Assembly (NCBI RefSeq): GCF_000014265.1
Contig: NC_008312.1
Span: 780,001-812,000, forward strand
Direction: 5' to 3'
DNA length: 32,000 nucleotides
DNA from: Trichodesmium erythraeum IMS101
GTDB lineage: Bacteria; Cyanobacteriota; Cyanobacteriia; Cyanobacteriales; Microcoleaceae
Shown here piece by piece: positions 29,669-32,000 of the stretch. Positions within the stretch are counted from its first letter, which is position 1. Each line of letters begins with the position of its first letter. A program made the position numbers and the translations under genes. Below the pieces are notes generated by a model. The model saw only the letters and a program-made list of their open reading frames with translations. It was not told where the DNA came from and ran no database searches.

Positions 29669-30030
29669 ATCATTTTTTGAAAATGACTAGGCTCAAAGGA
29701 AGGAGAGAGGGAGGTCGTTTCAGTTATAACCTAATCAGTTATCAGTACCTCAATAGAATATTTTGGCTTAAAACACTAAATTTTTTTTATTTTCTTTTTT
29801 ACCTGTTTAAGGGGAGACTTTAACCCTGATCTTATAGTAGTTTTAATAGTTAAAAATCAATCAGGAATGAGAATTAAATAAAGCCCTGAAGGGGAAAGAA
29901 CTCAGATAATATCAAGTTGAGACAATTTAATTTGTGTCAATCAGAAAATACTCATTCCTAAATATATTTCTCTCTTCTCTATTATCTGTTTTAAACTTTA
30001 GTATTTATCCATAAACTAGGATGAGTATAT

Positions 30031-30729
30031 ATGTCAAAAATTGCTTATAAAATTGAACATTCTCCAGCTTATGCTTCATTAATTATTGATTTGCACTCGC
30101 AGCAAAAAGTATTAGTAGAAGCCTCAGCTATGGCTGCCATGGATACCTCAATAAAAATGAAATCTAAAATCAAAGGTGGCTTAATGAAAGGAGTCGGTAG
30201 GATGTTGGGGGGTGAATCCTTATTTATTAATGAATTTAGCACTCAAAACCAGTCAGGAAGATTGTATATTTCCCCTGGTGTTCCTGGAGATATTCAACAT
30301 TATTATATCGAGAATGGTTGTGGTTTATTCGTTCAATCATCAGGATTTGTTGCCTGTAGTGAGACCGTAGAAGTAGATACTCAATTTCAAGGATTTAAAG
30401 GCTTTTTTAGTGGAGAATCTTTGTTTTTATTAAGAGCTACTGGAAGGGGGGATTTTTGGTTTAGTTCCTATGGAGGTATTTTAGAAATTCCTGTGGAAGA
30501 AAGTTATGTGGTAGATACTGGTTATATTGTGGCTTTTGAAGATACCCTAAATTATAATGTTGAAATGATTGGAGGTTTATCATTTAAAGGTTTAAAAACA
30601 GGAATTTTAGGGGGTGAAGGATTAGTTTGTAGGTTTAGTGGCCAAGGCAGTTTATGGATTCAAAGCCGCGGGATTTATCCTCTATTAAATTTTTTAAATC
30701 CTTTCCGTCCTACCAAGGGTAGTGATTGA
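30031..30729 (+). CDS. AIM24/DUF124 (TIGR00266-like) family protein, paralogue 3
   Basis: Family motifs MLGGESLFINEF, FSGESLFLLRATG, LGGEGLVCRFSG and VVDTGYIVAFE are present. It is separated from paralogue 2 by 362 nt. Confidence 0.8.
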   Translation: MSKIAYKIEHSPAYASLIIDLHSQQKVLVEASAMAAMDTSIKMKSKIKGGLMKGVGRMLGGESLFINEFSTQNQSGRLYISPGVPGDIQHYYIENGCGLFVQSSGFVACSETVEVDTQFQGFKGFFSGESLFLLRATGRGDFWFSSYGGILEIPVEESYVVDTGYIVAFEDTLNYNVEMIGGLSFKGLKTGILGGEGLVCRFSGQGSLWIQSRGIYPLLNFLNPFRPTKGSD

Positions 30730-30759
30730 GGTTTTTCGGATTAATTATTAATTAAACTT

Positions 30760-31599
30760 ATGAGCAATCGCAATCCTTCACCAACTAATCGTCAACTTTT
30801 AATTATATTAGGAATTTGGACGGGGATTATTGTCATAATGATTAGCTTAATGATTAGCTTTGTATCCCTGTTAGCTGATTGGGCAATTACTCATATTCCT
30901 ATTAGTTGGGAACAAAAATTAGGAGAATTAATAGTCCCGGTTTATGAACAAAAAGCTAAAGATTCTCCTCAACAAGAAATCTTAAATAATCTCTTAGATC
31001 GTTTAGAGTCTCAACTCAATAATAAATTACTAAAAAATAGAGATTATCGAGTTATCTATATTCCCGAAAAAAATGTTAACGCTTTTGCTATTCCTGGGGA
31101 TGTTATTGGTATTTTTGAAGGGCTAGTAAAAGAGGTTAAATCAGAAAATGAATTGATGATGATTTTAGGTCATGAATTAGGACATTTTGCTAATAGAGAT
31201 CATCTTCGGAATTTAGGGAAAACTTTAGCTATTCGAGTTGCGATCGCTAGTCTTTTTGGAGATAATGCGACTTTAGCTAATAGTGTTGGAGTTGTTATTG
31301 AAACTATTAGTAATGCTCGCTATTCTCAGGAACAAGAATATCAAGCAGATGAATTCGGATTAATATTATTAAATAAAACCTATGGTCATGTAACAGGGGC
31401 AACGGATTTTTTTAAGAACTTTAAAGAGAAAGAAAACCTAGGCTGGGACTTTTTTTCTAGTCATCCTGCCGGAAACAAGCGTGTCAAAAGACTAGAAAAA
31501 TTAATTAAACAAAAACAATATAAATTAGGTGAATATTCTGATTTAGAGTTAAATTTACAGTTTAGTGATCAGGAGTTTCGGAAATATAAGCAGAGATAA
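30760..31599 (+). CDS. Membrane-anchored M48-family zinc metalloprotease
   Basis: It has an N-terminal TM segment (LLIILGIWTGIIVIMISLMISFVSLLA). NVNAFAIPGDVIGIFEGLV, the HExxH motif in GHELGHFANRDH, and a downstream EQEYQADEFG (third-ligand Glu region) fit the family. It starts 30 nt after the stop of paralogue 3. Confidence 0.8.
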   Translation: MSNRNPSPTNRQLLIILGIWTGIIVIMISLMISFVSLLADWAITHIPISWEQKLGELIVPVYEQKAKDSPQQEILNNLLDRLESQLNNKLLKNRDYRVIYIPEKNVNAFAIPGDVIGIFEGLVKEVKSENELMMILGHELGHFANRDHLRNLGKTLAIRVAIASLFGDNATLANSVGVVIETISNARYSQEQEYQADEFGLILLNKTYGHVTGATDFFKNFKEKENLGWDFFSSHPAGNKRVKRLEKLIKQKQYKLGEYSDLELNLQFSDQEFRKYKQR

Positions 31600-32000
31600 T
31601 TTTTGATTTTTCGTGATTGTTGATTAATTTAGATGACAGTTTCTAAATATTTATGGCAAATGATTTACAGGGTAAATGGTAAAAATTATATATTCCAGGA
31701 ATTTTACTCCCAACTTATTAATGTACCTCGCCAGTAACGGGAAATGCTGTATCTTTTTTTGTTAAAAAGAGGTATTTTTTCGAGTCTGTTTTATCGTTTT
31801 TATTAAAAGTACCGGGAGCAATAACAATTATTTGAGTTTCAGGGGAATTATCTCAAGACGATCAAAATCTCTAGAACTTTTGATTGTTAAGAATTTATGT
31901 TTTTTTGAGGTTAAAGTCTGTTTATGTGATCTCGAAAGTTTATTTTATACTTCTTTTTTGTATCAGTTTCAATCGAATTTAAATTTATTTTTATGACTTT

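Noticed and set aside
31700-31850. Minus-strand reading frame DNSPETQIIVIAPGTFNKNDKTDSKKYLFLTKKDTAFPVTGEVH* near the right edge
   Set aside because: It is bounded upstream by an in-frame TGA, has no ATG/GTG/TTG start, is only about 45 codons long, and has no recognisable motif. At most it is a gene remnant.
1-32000. tRNA, rRNA and CRISPR arrays
   Set aside because: I saw no T-loop (GTTCGAATC-like) plus acceptor-stem arrangement in the spacers, no rRNA-like conserved blocks, and no regularly spaced 25-40 nt direct repeats. This was a by-eye scan, so a tRNAscan or Rfam run could still find small RNAs.

Overview
The window is AT-rich and carries eight perfect HIP1 octamers (GCGATCGC), all inside CDSs. 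My CDS calls cover only about 20.5 of 32 kb (~64%). Together these point to a chromosomal segment of a cyanobacterium with unusually long intergenic spacers; Trichodesmium-like is my inference, not a verified identification. I support 21 protein-coding genes. On the + strand from the left: the 3' part of a class I/II aminotransferase, an RTX-repeat/subtilisin S8 fusion, a small polyprenyl-phosphate sugar transferase, gmd and fcl (GDP-fucose synthesis, split by a 1.06 kb ORF-free spacer), a DUF2786-type protein, a cyAbrB regulator and an FAD oxidoreductase. Next come murF (-), a 437-aa orphan ORF, rpsU (absent from the ORF track because its frame is broken at an A8 run), a GTPase with a DUF697-like tail, a multi-repeat 'conserved TM helix' membrane protein (-) and an SRPBCC-like protein. 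The right end holds a DUF1400-like protein (-), a SirB1/transglutaminase-like protein (-), mutL (-), and three tandem AIM24/DUF124 paralogues followed by a membrane-anchored M48 zinc protease. I recognised no rRNA, tRNA or CRISPR array by eye. The observations most worth a second look are: (1) the AIM24x3 + M48 cluster, (2) the rpsU frame break on an A_AAA_AAC heptamer, (3) a ~137-bp dispersed repeat with terminal inverted repeats present twice, (4) a heptamer tandem repeat abutting a start codon, and (5) several long ORF-free spacers containing G+C-richer, hairpin-dense islands. All functional assignments come from motif recognition in the supplied translations and were not checked against any database.
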